The notes beneath the pieces are model-generated. The model ran no database searches. It was not told where the DNA came from and saw only the letters and a list, made by a program, of their open reading frames with translations. This document shows positions 17,400 through 38,300 of a stretch of DNA of 64,000 bases, piece after piece. The stretch is taken from positions 168,242-232,241 of the forward strand of contig NIVC01001838.1 of assembly GCA_002269645.1 (NCBI GenBank), given 5' to 3'. The stretch's first letter is position 1. The number at the start of each line of letters is the position of its first letter. The position numbers and the translations under genes are program-made. The DNA is from Macrostomum lignano. Lineage: Eukaryota.

Positions 17400-18040
17400 C
17401 GCCACCATGAATGCGCCACTTCTGGGGTTGGAGATGGGGCGCCACTTTTTGGGGGCTGGGGAGGGGGCGCCACTTCTTGGGGGTTGGGGAGGGGGCGCCA
17501 CTTCTTGGGGGTTGGGGAGGGGGCGCCACTTCTGAGGTTGGGGATGGGGTGTCACTTTTTGGGGGCTGGGGAGGGGGCGCCACTTCTGAGGTTGGGGATG
17601 GGGTGTCACTTTTTGGGGGCTGGGGAGGGGGCGCCACTTCTTGGGGGTTGGGGAGGGGGCGCCACTTCTTGGGGGTTGGGGAGGGGGCGCCACTTCTGAG
17701 GTTGGGGATGGGGTGTCACTTTTTGGGGGCTGGGGAGGGGGCGCCACTTCTGAGGTTGGGGATGGGGCGCCACTTTTTGGGGGCTGGGGAGGGGGCGCCA
17801 CTTCTTGGGGGCTGAGGAGGGGCGCCACTTCATGGGGGTTAAGGAGGGGGCACCACTTTTCGGGGCTGAGGAGGGGCGCCACTTCTGAGGTTGGGGATGG
17901 GGTGCCACTTTTTGGGAGCTGGGGAGGGGGCGCCACTTTTTGGGGGCTGGAGAGGGGGCGCCACTTTTTGGGAGCTGGGGAGGGGACGCCACTTTTTGGG
18001 GGCTGTGGAGGGGCGCCACTTCTGGGGTTCGGCTGCCTCT
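17400..18040 (+). repeat. G-rich ~29-bp minisatellite (GGGGGCGCCACTTCTTGGGGGTTGGGGAG-like)
   Basis: Tandem units, each with several G4-G6 tracts. Confidence 0.9.
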
Positions 18041-19599
18041 TTAAGGTTTGGGGTCGCCCCACTGGGTGTCGGAGAGCCACCTTGACGAATACAGGTCGAC
18101 AAAGTGCACTAAAAAGACGTTAATTCCCTGTGTTAAGTACGTCCTGAGCTCGATTCCCAAAGCGCCAGACTCACTAAGTTAATAGTAAACGATGAGGCTT
18201 TGAATTTGGATTTTGAATTCTCTGATTGGTCAGCCCAGCAGCCCAATGGGCTGGTAGGTAGGCTTGGGGATATCTGCCAGATCCCATGGGCCGGGTACAG
18301 ATCCCGTTAACAAAGGTCCCACGGGCAAAAAGAAGCCTTCCAACTCTGTGACTGCATGACCTGAGCAACAGACGAGTAGCAAGCTGAGAGGCAAGGTAGG
18401 TGTGCACTCCCAAATGCGTAGGCCCTCGTAGTAGTGAGTAAAAATCGTAGTAAGACATGGGGGAACAGCGAGCTCTATCAAAGTGGAAAGTTTGCTTTGA
18501 TAGTTTAGAAGTAAACAACAAAATCATTTTCCTTGCTTAGAGTACGAAAGCACGAAAGACTTGCAGTTCTTGGAAATCAAAACAATCAGATTTTCCGAAA
18601 AGTTTTTTTAAATCCTTCTTTTCCTAGAAAGCCTAAAATTCTAGCGTTTCGTGAATTAAAAAAATGGAAAAGTAATTAAATGTTTATATTCCTTTGCCAC
18701 CTAGTCCTGTGTTTCCTAGAAAAACTCGAAAGTCCTACGTTTCCTCGAAACCCGGAAAGCCTGAATTTCTTGGAAATCAATAGAATCGGATTTTTCTCAA
18801 AGCTACATTTTAAAATGTTTTGTTTCCTAAAAACCCGGAATTTCTACATTTCCTGGAAATCAAGAAAGCTTTCTTTTCCGGAAAAAAAACAAAAGAATAG
18901 GATTGTATTCAAAGTTCTATGAAAATTTGAATTATTTTAAAATTCGAAATTCGAAAGTCTTTTATTTTGTTGAATTCTCGTCAAGCTTGCGTTTATTGGA
19001 AAACAAGGTAAATTGATTTTTCTAAAATTATTATGCCTAGGATTTTATACGACATCACGTACTTTTCTTCATCACAACGGTCACAGTAAAACGGTCTGAG
19101 GGAGAAATTTCCCCATTCTTAATACTCTTGTAGAGTTGGCACAATTATGATATTCAACAATTATAATCCAGATTCTCAGTGAAAGGCACAGATTTTCATT
19201 TGAACAGGAAGAAAGGCTTCGTCGAACACTTATTATTGCCAGCAAAGCTCTCAGTTTCCTTCCCTGATTCCTCAGTCGTTTGCCTGGCTGTCAGATGATC
19301 AAAAGGATTTGCTGCTAAGGCCGTGCACACTTATTTGGTTTCCCCAAGCATTCAAGGGCGAATGCCTTATAAAGAGGCTCGCCGCTTTATCACTTCAAAA
19401 GCAGGATTGTTATTTACGATGTTCATCGAGAATTTTTTATATACTCTGCTAGTACTGTTGCATCCTGCTTTAACCGCATCAGTCAAAACATCTCCTTCAG
19501 TGATACCTGAGAAACTGTAGTTTCAAAATTGTTGGGAAATTTTCAATATAGCTCGTAAACTGCCTCTGACCTGTGGCGATCTAAAGGGTCTGTTTGGTG

Positions 19600-19820
19600 A
19601 GGTGATCAGAGAGCGTCGATCAGAGAGGCAGTGGTGATCAGAGAGCGCTGACCAGAGAGCGGTGAGCAGAGAGCGGTGATCAGAGAGCGGTGAGCAGAGA
19701 GCGGTGACCAGAGAGCGGTGACCAGAGAGCGGTGACCAGAGAGCGGTGATCAGAGAGCGGTGACCACCAGAGAGCGGTGATCAGAGAGCGGTGATCAGAG
19801 AGCGGTGATCAGAGAGACTC
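19600..19820 (+). repeat. 14-bp minisatellite (CAGAGAGCGGTGAT)n just upstream of the GPCR start
   Basis: Direct tandem units ending about 20 nt before the acceptor at 19839. Confidence 0.9.
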
Positions 19821-19841
19821 AGTTGGCTCAACCTTCCAGGC

Positions 19842-28513
<8,672 letters not shown>

Positions 28514-28699
28514 TTTGAACTGATTAAACCAATTTGTGATTTCTTCGTTGTAGAGACCCGGCACTTGTTTTACCTAACGTACAATTGGAGCAATGATAGA
28601 TTTAAATTTTTAATGGAACTCCAATACAGTCTCGATTATGTGAATTTATCGATGCCTAAAAGATTTTTGGTAGATTTTATTCAAGATAAGGACCTCAAA

Positions 28700-29240
28700 G
28701 GTATTTGAGCCTAGGTACTCTACAGGTATCTGATTATAGATATTCCGCAGGTATCTGAGTCTAGGTACCCTACAGGTATCTGAGTCTAGGTACCACACAG
28801 GTATCTGAGTTTAGGTACCACACAGGTATCTGAGTTTAGGTACCACACAGGTATCTGAGTCTAGGTACCCTACAGGTATGTGGGTCTAGGTACCTTACAG
28901 GTATGTGAATCTATGTCCTCCACAAGTATTTAAGTCTAGGTACTCCACAGGTATCTGAATCTAGTTACCTTACAGGTATCTCAGTCTAGGTACCTTACAG
29001 GTATCTCAGTCTAGGTATTCTACAGGTATCTGAGTCTAAGTACCCTACAGGTATGTGAGTCTAGGTACCCTACAGGTATGTGAATCTAGGTCTTCCACAA
29101 GTATTTAAGTCTAGGTACTCCACAGGTATCTGAATCTAGTTACCTTACAGGTATCTCAGTCTAGGTACCTTACAGGTATCTGAGTCTAGGTATTCTACAG
29201 GTATCTGAGTCTAAGTACCCTACAGGTATGTGAGTCTAAT
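28700..29240 (+). repeat. 25-bp minisatellite (ACAGGTATCTGAGTCTAGGTACCCT)n
   Basis: Direct tandem units 3' of the GPCR. Confidence 0.93.
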
Positions 29241-29559
29241 TACCCCTAATTAACTCAACTAATTAACTCAATGTATGTCAGTCAAAACAGTTTGGTCACT
29301 CAGCCTCGAGCAATCATGTCATCTTGTACAATACTGCCTGCCAAAATTGATTTCAACTTGTTTGACACATGAACAAAATTGCTTTTAAAAAAGCTGATCA
29401 ATATGGAGTGACTGACGACGTCTCCTCTTGAAAACTTTTTTCGTTAAAAACTTGTCTAAATAGAGACCACGTCTGCAGCAGCTGTAATCAGAGAGTACAA
29501 CCAATCAGCAACTATGCGAAATCTTTGCGGCCTGTTGCTATGAAAATTCTAATTTTTTG

Positions 29560-30000
29560 TGCAACTGGAGTGTTAGGAGAATGGGCAACTGGAGTGTCAG
29601 GAGGTGGTGCAACTGGAGTGTCAGGAGAATGGGCAACTGGAGTGTCAGGAGGTGGTGCAACTGGAGTGTCAGGAGAATGGGCAACTGGAGTGTCAGGAGG
29701 TGGTGCAACTGGAGTGTCAGGAGAATGGGCAGCTGGAGTGTCAGGAGGTGCAAATGGAGTGTCGGGGGGTTGCAACTGGAGAGTCAGGAAGGGAGTGTCA
29801 GGGGGTGCAACTGGAGTGTCAGGAGGTGCAACTGGAGTGTCAGGGGGTGCAACTGGAGTGTCAGGGGGTGCAACTGGAGGTGATGCAATCAGAGTATCAA
29901 AAGTTGCAACTGGAGGTGATGCAATCAGAGTGTCAGGAGGTGCAACTGGAGTTGATGCAATCAAGAGTCAGGAGGTTCAACCGGAGGGAATGCAACTAGA
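29560..30000 (+). repeat. 21/24-bp minisatellite (GCAACTGGAGTGTCAGGAGGT...)n
   Basis: Direct tandem units abutting the stop codon of the orphan ORF. Confidence 0.93.
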
Positions 30001-30018
30001 TTGAGCACGTGAGCTGGG

Positions 30019-30797
30019 TCACGTGGCCTCGGCTTGCGGGCTGGTCGGCAACTCCAGCTGCTTGGCCACCCCCACCACCACAGTGACGGGCACGTAGGCG
30101 GCCGCCTGCATAGCGTGATCAAGCAGCAGCAGTTGATCCGGACTGATCGGCAGGTGGTGCAGCATCAACTTCGGATGCTCAAGCACCTCGCACGGCACGT
30201 ACGCGAAACGGCGACAGTGCAGCGGCGCCCCGGCGATGGCGGCCTGCCGACCGGCTCCGGCGAACACGTGGCAGTTGCCGGCCTGGAACATCCGACCGCG
30301 AGCCTCGCCGTCGAGCGACTCCTGCATCATGGCTAGGAAGCTGGAGTACCATTGACTGACCGGAACATCCCCGGCGCGCATGTGCATGCGGAACCAGGAC
30401 CTGTTCTGCTCGTCAATCAGCAGCAAGTAGCCGCTGGGATGATCTCGTCCATGCTGTACAGGCAGCCCATGCTGCAGCGCCGGCTGTTCAGGCTGAACAC
30501 CTCGTTGATGGCGCGCATCAGGCGGCACTCGCCGCTGTTTCGCACCAGGCCGAACCGTTCCTCGTCCGACTCGGACTCCTCCGGATGCTCGGACACCGGC
30601 TGTTCGCCCAGGCTGATCGCTGTCCGGATCGTCAGCGCCCGGCCGCCCACGACAACGGGGCCGATACCGCCGATGCCGCCACCGCCGCCTCCAACGACTC
30701 CGCCAGCGCCGCCAGTGGTACCGCTGTCATCGAGGTCCAGCATTCGAGTCCTGTGAGACACGGCGCTGATCCGCCCGTACGGGGTTTTGCCAGACAT
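30019..30797 (-). CDS. Hypothetical protein (~259 aa after adding one C near 30436-30438); no family recognised
   Basis: GC-rich, coding-like sequence with G/C-ending codons. MSGKTPYGR...RFGLVRNSGECRLMRAINEVF...MDEII continues in the adjacent frame as PSGYLLLIDEQNRSWF...RRFAYVPCEVLEHP...stop. Acceptor-like ctactcacag at 30833. Confidence 0.6.
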
Positions 30798-31029
30798 TGC
30801 TTGATTGAGCTGAGTTGAATGATGACGAATTGCTGTGAGTAGCAGCACTGCAGCGTCACTTCTCCCCGTGGAATAAAATCCTTTACTTCCCTTCATCTAT
30901 GCTTCTAAAGGAGTGGTTTTGGTCATAGACGTATCATTCGCGGGATTAGAGCGTTTTAGTGTTTTTGCACTAATTAAATATGGGACCGCATCTTTACTGC
31001 AATTTTGCTTGTCTTTCGGTCTCCAGCTC

Positions 31030-31360
31030 ACTCTCACACCCACTCCCTCCCTCACTCCCACCCTCACTCCCACCTTCACTCCCGCCCTCACTCCCGCCCT
31101 CACTCCCGCCCTCACTCCCACCTTCACTCCCGCCCTCACTCCCGCCCTCACTCCCGCCCTCACTCCCGCCCTCACTCCCGCCCTCACTCCCGCCCTCACT
31201 CCCGCCCTCATTCCCACTCTCACTCCCACGCTCACTCCCACCTTCACTCCCGCCCTCATTCCCGCCCTCACTCCCACTCTCACTCCCACTCTCACTCCCA
31301 CCCTCACTCCTGCCCTTACTCTCATTCTCACTCTCACCCTCACCTCTCTCAGTCTCACCC
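31030..31360 (+). repeat. 12-bp minisatellite (CTCACTCCCGCC)n
   Basis: Direct inspection. Confidence 0.95.
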
Positions 31361-31524
31361 CACTGAATCTCCGGTTCTCTATTGATTTTATTTGTGAAAA
31401 AAATTAAATAAAAGTCATGAAAAGCAAATTGCATGGATTAGTCAATCGTACTGAATCTACTAAGGCTACAAAAATATCTAATTAGACTTGTTTTAAATTG
31501 GCAGGAAAACACTGCATTGCTTTG

Positions 31525-31960
31525 TACCCACCCACAGATACTAGAAAAAGCTAAATAGGCCGCTTAGCACATTTGCGTATCAGCTACTTTCAGTTCAGTA
31601 GTAAGGGTTAAACAGAAAAAAATTAATGCATTTTTAAAGACAAGCTCCTTAACTTACCCCCTAGCTTAAACCCTCCAACCGCGTCTTTCCATACCAAACC
31701 TCCACCACCCCGCCCAATTTTTATCGCCTTTCTCGGAGTTGCATCCTAAATTTGTCAATGTACATTTCAATGGCGCTGGCCAATGTACATTATTGCTGAA
31801 CCAATTAGCAAGTCGTTTACGACTTAAGGCTTCTAATAAGCTTATCAAAGTTGTTTCAGCTGCTTGATAAACTTTGTTTTTACGAGTATAAAAATAGCTA
31901 ATGTATTCTTCCTTGCTACTGAACTGGAAGTAGAAATCTGTTTTACTAAGTGTATATGCC
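31525..31960 (+). mobile_element. MITE-like dispersed repeat, diverged inverted copy of 32889-33320
   Basis: Reverse-complement similarity, e.g. gccaatgtacattattgctgaaccaattagcaag vs cttgctaattggttcagcaataatgtacattggc. Confidence 0.8.
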
Positions 31961-32389
31961 TACGTGTATCCGTGTTTTTACGGTACTCCGTGTCTTATAA
32001 TCGAAAACTAAAGTACATTTAGAAGGACGCTGCACTCGCCAATCGCGATGAAGCTTTCAATCCCATATACTAAAAAGATGTAAATTTAGTGTTAGAAATG
32101 AACTAAGAAAACTTCCTTTAGAAATAACTAAGAAAACTTCCATCGTTTATATGGTAGGGGGGTTAGAACCAAGAATCTGGAACGTAAAAGTTCTATTTTG
32201 GGAATCAGTTTTGTTAGTACTGGTTTTCGGCGCCGCAGGCAACTCACGTAGGTCTTCTAAGCTTGATTGTAAACTGAAACTTTATGAGTCGGTCTTCGGA
32301 TGCAGCTTGTAAACCATTCACAGCAAGCTACTATAAGTAGAAAAGTTTGATTTTTTAAATTCATGAAAAATTCAGTAGCCGACTGGACT

Positions 32390-35300
32390 TCAAGGCGAGT
32401 GCTGCCTGCCGCTGGCTCTGGGCAACGCCTCGCCGAGGCGCGCCGCCCTGGCCTTCAGCCGCAGACTCAGCTTCGACTTGCCCGACGATCGTTTTGACTC
32501 GGCCTGACTGCTGCCGCGGGCGCCCGGGCATTCGACGTCGCCGACTTGGATCGCAACAGAGTCGGGATTGCAGCCAGCGCAGTGACCGCCTGCTGAGGCG
32601 TCGGCTTCGGCCGCCCGATCGACAATCTCCTTCACCAGGCTCAGGTCCTCTTTGAGGTCCTCGCGGTCGCTCACAAGCTGCGGATTCTGGCCAATTTTGC
32701 TCAACCTCTCGGCCGCCACGGACTCCATGGTGCGGCGCATCAGCGGGTGATTGTCCAGCACTGAGAGAAAGTTGTCCCGCTCCAGTGAGTACACGTTGCA
32801 GTAGGTCTCGGCGCGCACGCTGGCTACTCGCTTGGCGTTGGTCAGTAGGCAGATTTCTGTTGGCGTTGGCAGTTTGAGCCGTAAATTAACTAGATGGGCC
32901 ACACAGGCAAATATACTTAGTAAAACAGCTTTCTACTTTCAGTTCAGTAGCAAAGAAGAATACATAAGCTATTTCATAAAAATAAAGCCAGCTGAAACGA
33001 CTTTGATAAGTTTAGAAGCCCAAGCTTGCGGGCGTAAACAGCTTGCTAATTGGTTCAGCAATAATGTACATTGGCCAGTCCACTGAAATGTACATGGCAG
33101 CTTTAGGGTGGAATTCCGAGAAAGGCAATAAAAACTGAAGCGGGCGGGGGCTGTGTAGAAAGGCGCGGTTTGGGGCTTTTAGCTGGGGGGGGGGAAGAGC
33201 CAATGAATGAGCCTTGGCTTTAAAAATACATTAAAATGCTTCTGTTAAGCTTCCTACTGAACTGAAAGTAGTTTGCACGCAAATGAACTAAGTGGCCCAT
33301 CTAGTTATTCTAGTATCTATGGCACAAGCTGATGCAGTGGGTGCGGGAGTGCGGTGAGTGCGGGAGTGAGGTGGGTGCGGGAGTGCGGTGGGTGCGGGAG
33401 TGCGGTGGGTGCGGGAGTGCGGTGGGTGCGGGAGTGAGGTGGGTGCTAAGGTGGGTGTTAAGCATTGTGAACCCGTAGGCATGTAAGCACCAATCAATAA
33501 GACCCAATTCTTACCACCAAAGTAGGATCCATCAGACAGGCTGGTGGCGACTTCGCCCTCCTTCGTAATGATGTCCACAATGCCCTCCTGGATGAAGTAC
33601 ATCTTTGCTCCGATGGTGCCCTCCTTGATGATGAGATCGCCTGGCTGGAACACCTCGTATCTGAGCTTGGTGACCACCTCGGAGACGAAGTCCTGGTCGG
33701 CGTAAGTGAAGAACGGAACCGCTGCCACCAGTGCGCGGCAGTTGTAGTTGATGATTTGCTGCGGAAGGCCAATGCCGACATGTGCTTGTGAGCATGCTTG
33801 TGAGCATGATTGTGGGCATGATAGTGGGCATGATTGTGGGCATGATTGTGGGCATGATTGTGAGCATGATTGTGGGCATGATTGTGGGCATGATTGTGGG
33901 CATGATTGTGGGCATGACTGTGGGCATGATTGTGGGCATGATTGTGGGCATGATTGTAGGCATGATTGTGGGCACGATTGTGAGCATGATTGTGGGCATG
34001 ATTGTGGGCATGATTGTGGGCATGATTGTGGGCATGATTGTGGGCATGATTGTGAGCATGATTGTAGTCATGATTGTGAGTATGATGTGGGCATGATTGT
34101 AGGCATGATTATGGGCATGATTGTGGGCATGATTGTGAGCATCATTATGGGCATGATTGTGAGGATGATTGTTAGGATGATTGTGAGCATTTTTGCATTT
34201 TTTGCATTTTGCATTTTTGTGAGGACGGTTGTGAGGATGATTGTGAGCATGATTGTGAGCATGATTGTGAGCATGATTGTGGGCATGATTGTGGGCATGA
34301 TTGTGGGCATGATTGTGAGCATGATTGTGAGCATGATAGTGGGCATGATTGTGGGCATGATTGTGAGCATGATTATGGGCATGGTTGTGAGGATGATGGT
34401 TAGGATGATTGTGAGCATTTTTGCATTTTTTGCATTTTGCATTTTTGTGAGGACGGTTGTGAGGATGATTGTGAGGATGATTGTGAGCATGATTGTGAGC
34501 ATGATTGTGAGCATGATTGTGAGCATGATTGTGAGCATGATTGTGGGCATGATTGTGAGCATGATTGTGGGCATGATTGTGGGCATGATTGTGAGCATGA
34601 TAGTGGGCATGATTGTGGGCATGATTGTGAGCATCATTATGGGCATGATTGTGAGGATGATTGTTAGGATGATTGTGAGCATTTTTGCATTTTTTGCATT
34701 TTGCATTTTTGTGAGGACGGTTGTGAGGATGATTGTGAGCATGATTGTGAGCATGATTGTGAGCATGATTGTGGGCACGATTGTGGGCATGATTGTGAGC
34801 ATGATTGTGAGCATGATTGTGGGCATGATTGTGGGCACGATTGTGGGCATGATTGTGAGTATGATTGTGAGCATGATTGTGGGCATGATTGTGGGCATGA
34901 TTGTGAGCATGATTGTGGGCATGATTGTGGGCATGATTGTGAGCATGATTGTTGGCATACGGTTTTATTATAGAAAAGGATTGGATTATGTATCCAGTTT
35001 TGGGAATTGTTGCTTTGGTTTCTGTCGCAAATTAGCTGTCATGCCCATTCCGCTGACACCAGAGCATGCACACGCTTAACACAGGGTGTACATCTGCCCT
35101 GACTTTCTTTATCGTTAGGCATGTACACTGGCTGTGCCTCAGGAATTGCACTATCCCTGCAAGCGGCGGGGCCACACTCTTTTGTTGCTATTTTTCATCC
35201 CCTAAACTGTGGACTCCGAATTCCTGAATGTCTTTCAACCAGCGCGATGCTCACCTCCCGCAGGCACTCGGACAGCTCCCCCAGGATGTCATTCTCGTCG

Positions 35301-38300
35301 AACATTTTCCCCTGATAGCGGTGCTCATAGTAATTGGCGATGCGCTGGCGCAGAGCTCGCGGCAGCTTCCTGTAGGCCATGTACTCTTCCACCTGTTTGA
35401 ACTGCGCGCGGAAATTTCGACAATCGTTTGCAAACTACACTATTTAAACAGTAGAAAGTTATGTTTACTCAGCATTGTATGGAAATGCGCACCTTCTCCC
35501 TATAAAGGCGCTTGGAAGTGTCGAAGCTCTGTATGAGGGCGGCCGAATGGCCAACGAACAGCGCGTAACAGGTGGCCCCCGTCATCATGCTGACGATGGT
35601 GATCCACGCCTCGCTCAGGCTGGTTGGCGGGTGCTGGCCGTACCCGATGCTCAGCATGTGGCTCATGGCCTTGAACAGGGCCCAAGTGTACTGCCGGAAC
35701 CAATAGGCGTCCTGCGGTGCCCAGCGTTGGAGATTGAATGTACTTTTGTCGACATTTTTGTCTCGTTAAAAATCCACAACGATTGTCCATTCTCATCTCT
35801 CTAATCTCACCTCTATCTCATCTTTCTAATCTCACCTCTATCTCATCTCTCTAATCTCACCTCTATCTCATCTCTCTAATCTCACCTCTATCTCATCTCT
35901 CTAATCTCACCTCTATCTCGTCTCTCTAATCTCACCTCTATCTCATCTATCTAATCTCACCTCTATCTCATCCCTCTAATCTCACCTCTATCTCATCTCT
36001 CTAATCTCACCTCTATCTCATCTCTCTAATCTCACCTCTATTTTATCTCTCTACTCTCACCTTTATATCGATTCGAAAATCTCCCACTACTGTCCATTCT
36101 CATCTCTCGACTCTCACGTCTCTCTTGTATGAAATCTCTCTTGTTCAATTATTCTTCCTTAAATCACACATTCCTGAAAGTTCCAGGACCAAAATTTCCT
36201 ACCTGAATATTGAGCTTAGCAACCCAAGAATCCTTGGGAAAATCTTGAATGGCCGGCACCAGAAACTGCAAGCAGCCGTTCCAGTGGGCCAGCAGGAGCA
36301 TCAGGCAGACCAGGTTGACCACGCGGATGAAAATTGAAGCGATGTTCAGCAGCTGGGGCAAGTTGGGCGTGTCAAGTTGAATGTTTTGAGCACAACATTA
36401 GGAACTAAATATTCAAAAGAATAAAAACACAGATGCAAAGTAACTGCTGTACTCCCTGAGAGCAGGCACACCAACATGCCATGAGTACTCCCTGAGAGCA
36501 GGCACACCAACATGCCATGAGTACTCCCTGAGAGCAGTCACACCAACATGCCATGAGTACTCCCTGAGAGCAGTCACACCAACATGCCATGAGTACTCCC
36601 TGAGAGCAGTCACACCAACATGCCATGAGTACTCTCTGAGAGCAGTCACACCAACATGCCATGAGTACTCCCTGAGAGCAGGCACACCAACATGCCATGA
36701 GTACTCCCTGAGAGCAGTCACACCAACATGCCATGAGTACTCCCTGAGAGCAGTCACACCAACATGCCATGAGTACTCTCTGAGAGCAGTCACACCAACA
36801 TGCCATGAGTACTCCCTGAGAGCAGTCACACCAACATGCCATGAGTACTCCCTGAGAGCAGGCACACCAACATGCCATGAGTACTCCCTGAGAGCAGTCA
36901 CACCAACATGCCATGAGTACTCCCTGAGAGCAGTCACACCAACATGCCATGAGTACTCTCTGAGAGCAGTCACACCAACATGCCATGAGTACTCCCTGAG
37001 AGCAGTCACACCAACATGCCATGAGTACTCCCTGAGAGCAGTCACACCAACATGCCATGAGTACTCCCTGAGAGCAGTCACACCAACATGCCATGAGTAC
37101 TCTCTGAGAGCAGTCACACCAACATGCCATGAGTACTCCCTGAGAGCAGTCACACCAACACGCCATGAGTACTCCCTGAGAGCAGGCACACCAACATGCC
37201 ATGAGTACTCCCTGAGAGCAGTCACACCAACATGCCATGAGTACTCCCTGAGAGCAGTCACACCAACATGCCATGAGTACTCTCTGAGAGCAGTCACACC
37301 AACATGCCATGGGTACTCCCTGAGCTGCTCCTCCTCACCTCCTCCCACTGACTGACGTAGCGGACCAGTCGGGAGAGTCTGAGAAGTCGCAGCAGGCTGA
37401 GCAGCTTTGCCAGTCGAAGAATTTTCAGCGCTCGACCTGAAAAAGTGACAAATGGTCCTGTATTGAAAGGCATTAAAAACATAAGTACTGTATAAGAAAA
37501 CGTGAAACATGATTCGCATGTTTGTCAACATGGATGCCCCGCAGCCCTCCAGCGAATATTCAATATTTCTTCTACAGAGAATAACTCTCAGAGGGTTCGA
37601 TTGGTCAACTCACCAGCGTGCACCAGCTGGGTGACATTGCTCCGCTGATTCAACGCCAGGAAGATGTAGTCCATGGGAATTGAGGACACCAGATCCAATA
37701 AGAACCAGGAACGAACGTAGTACCTGGCGATCTGCCTGGGGTCCAGGATGATCTCGTCGGCGAAGTCGTTTCGAATCACGCCTTGGTGATTGACAGGGGG
37801 GGGAGTTTCTAAACCTGAAACTCTACTATCGCGTCATAGAAGCTCATAGCACCGAATCACTCCCAATCTCACTGAATCAATCGCATCATTTGAACTCTAA
37901 ATCACACTGAATCAATCGCATCATTTGAACTCCCAATCTTACCGAATCAATGGCATCATTTGAACTCCCAATCTTACCGAATCAATTGCATCATTTGAAC
38001 TCTCAATCACACAGAATCAATCGCATCATTTGAACTCTCAATTGCATCATTTGAACTCTCAATCACACTGAATCAATCGCATCATTTGAACTCCCAATCT
38101 TACCGAATCAATCGCATCATTTGAACTCTCAATCACACAGAATAAATTGCATCATTTGAACTCTCAATCACACTGAATCAATCGCATCATTTGAACTCCC
38201 AATCTTACCGAATCAATCGCATCATTTGAACTCTCAATCACACAGAATCAATCGCATCATTTGAACTCTCAATCACACTGAATCAATCGCATCATTTGAA

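Noticed and set aside
18230-18481. YEGLRIWECT resembling the METTL18 motif YEGGLKIWEC
   Set aside because: Short match only, no downstream SAM-binding motif and no exon support
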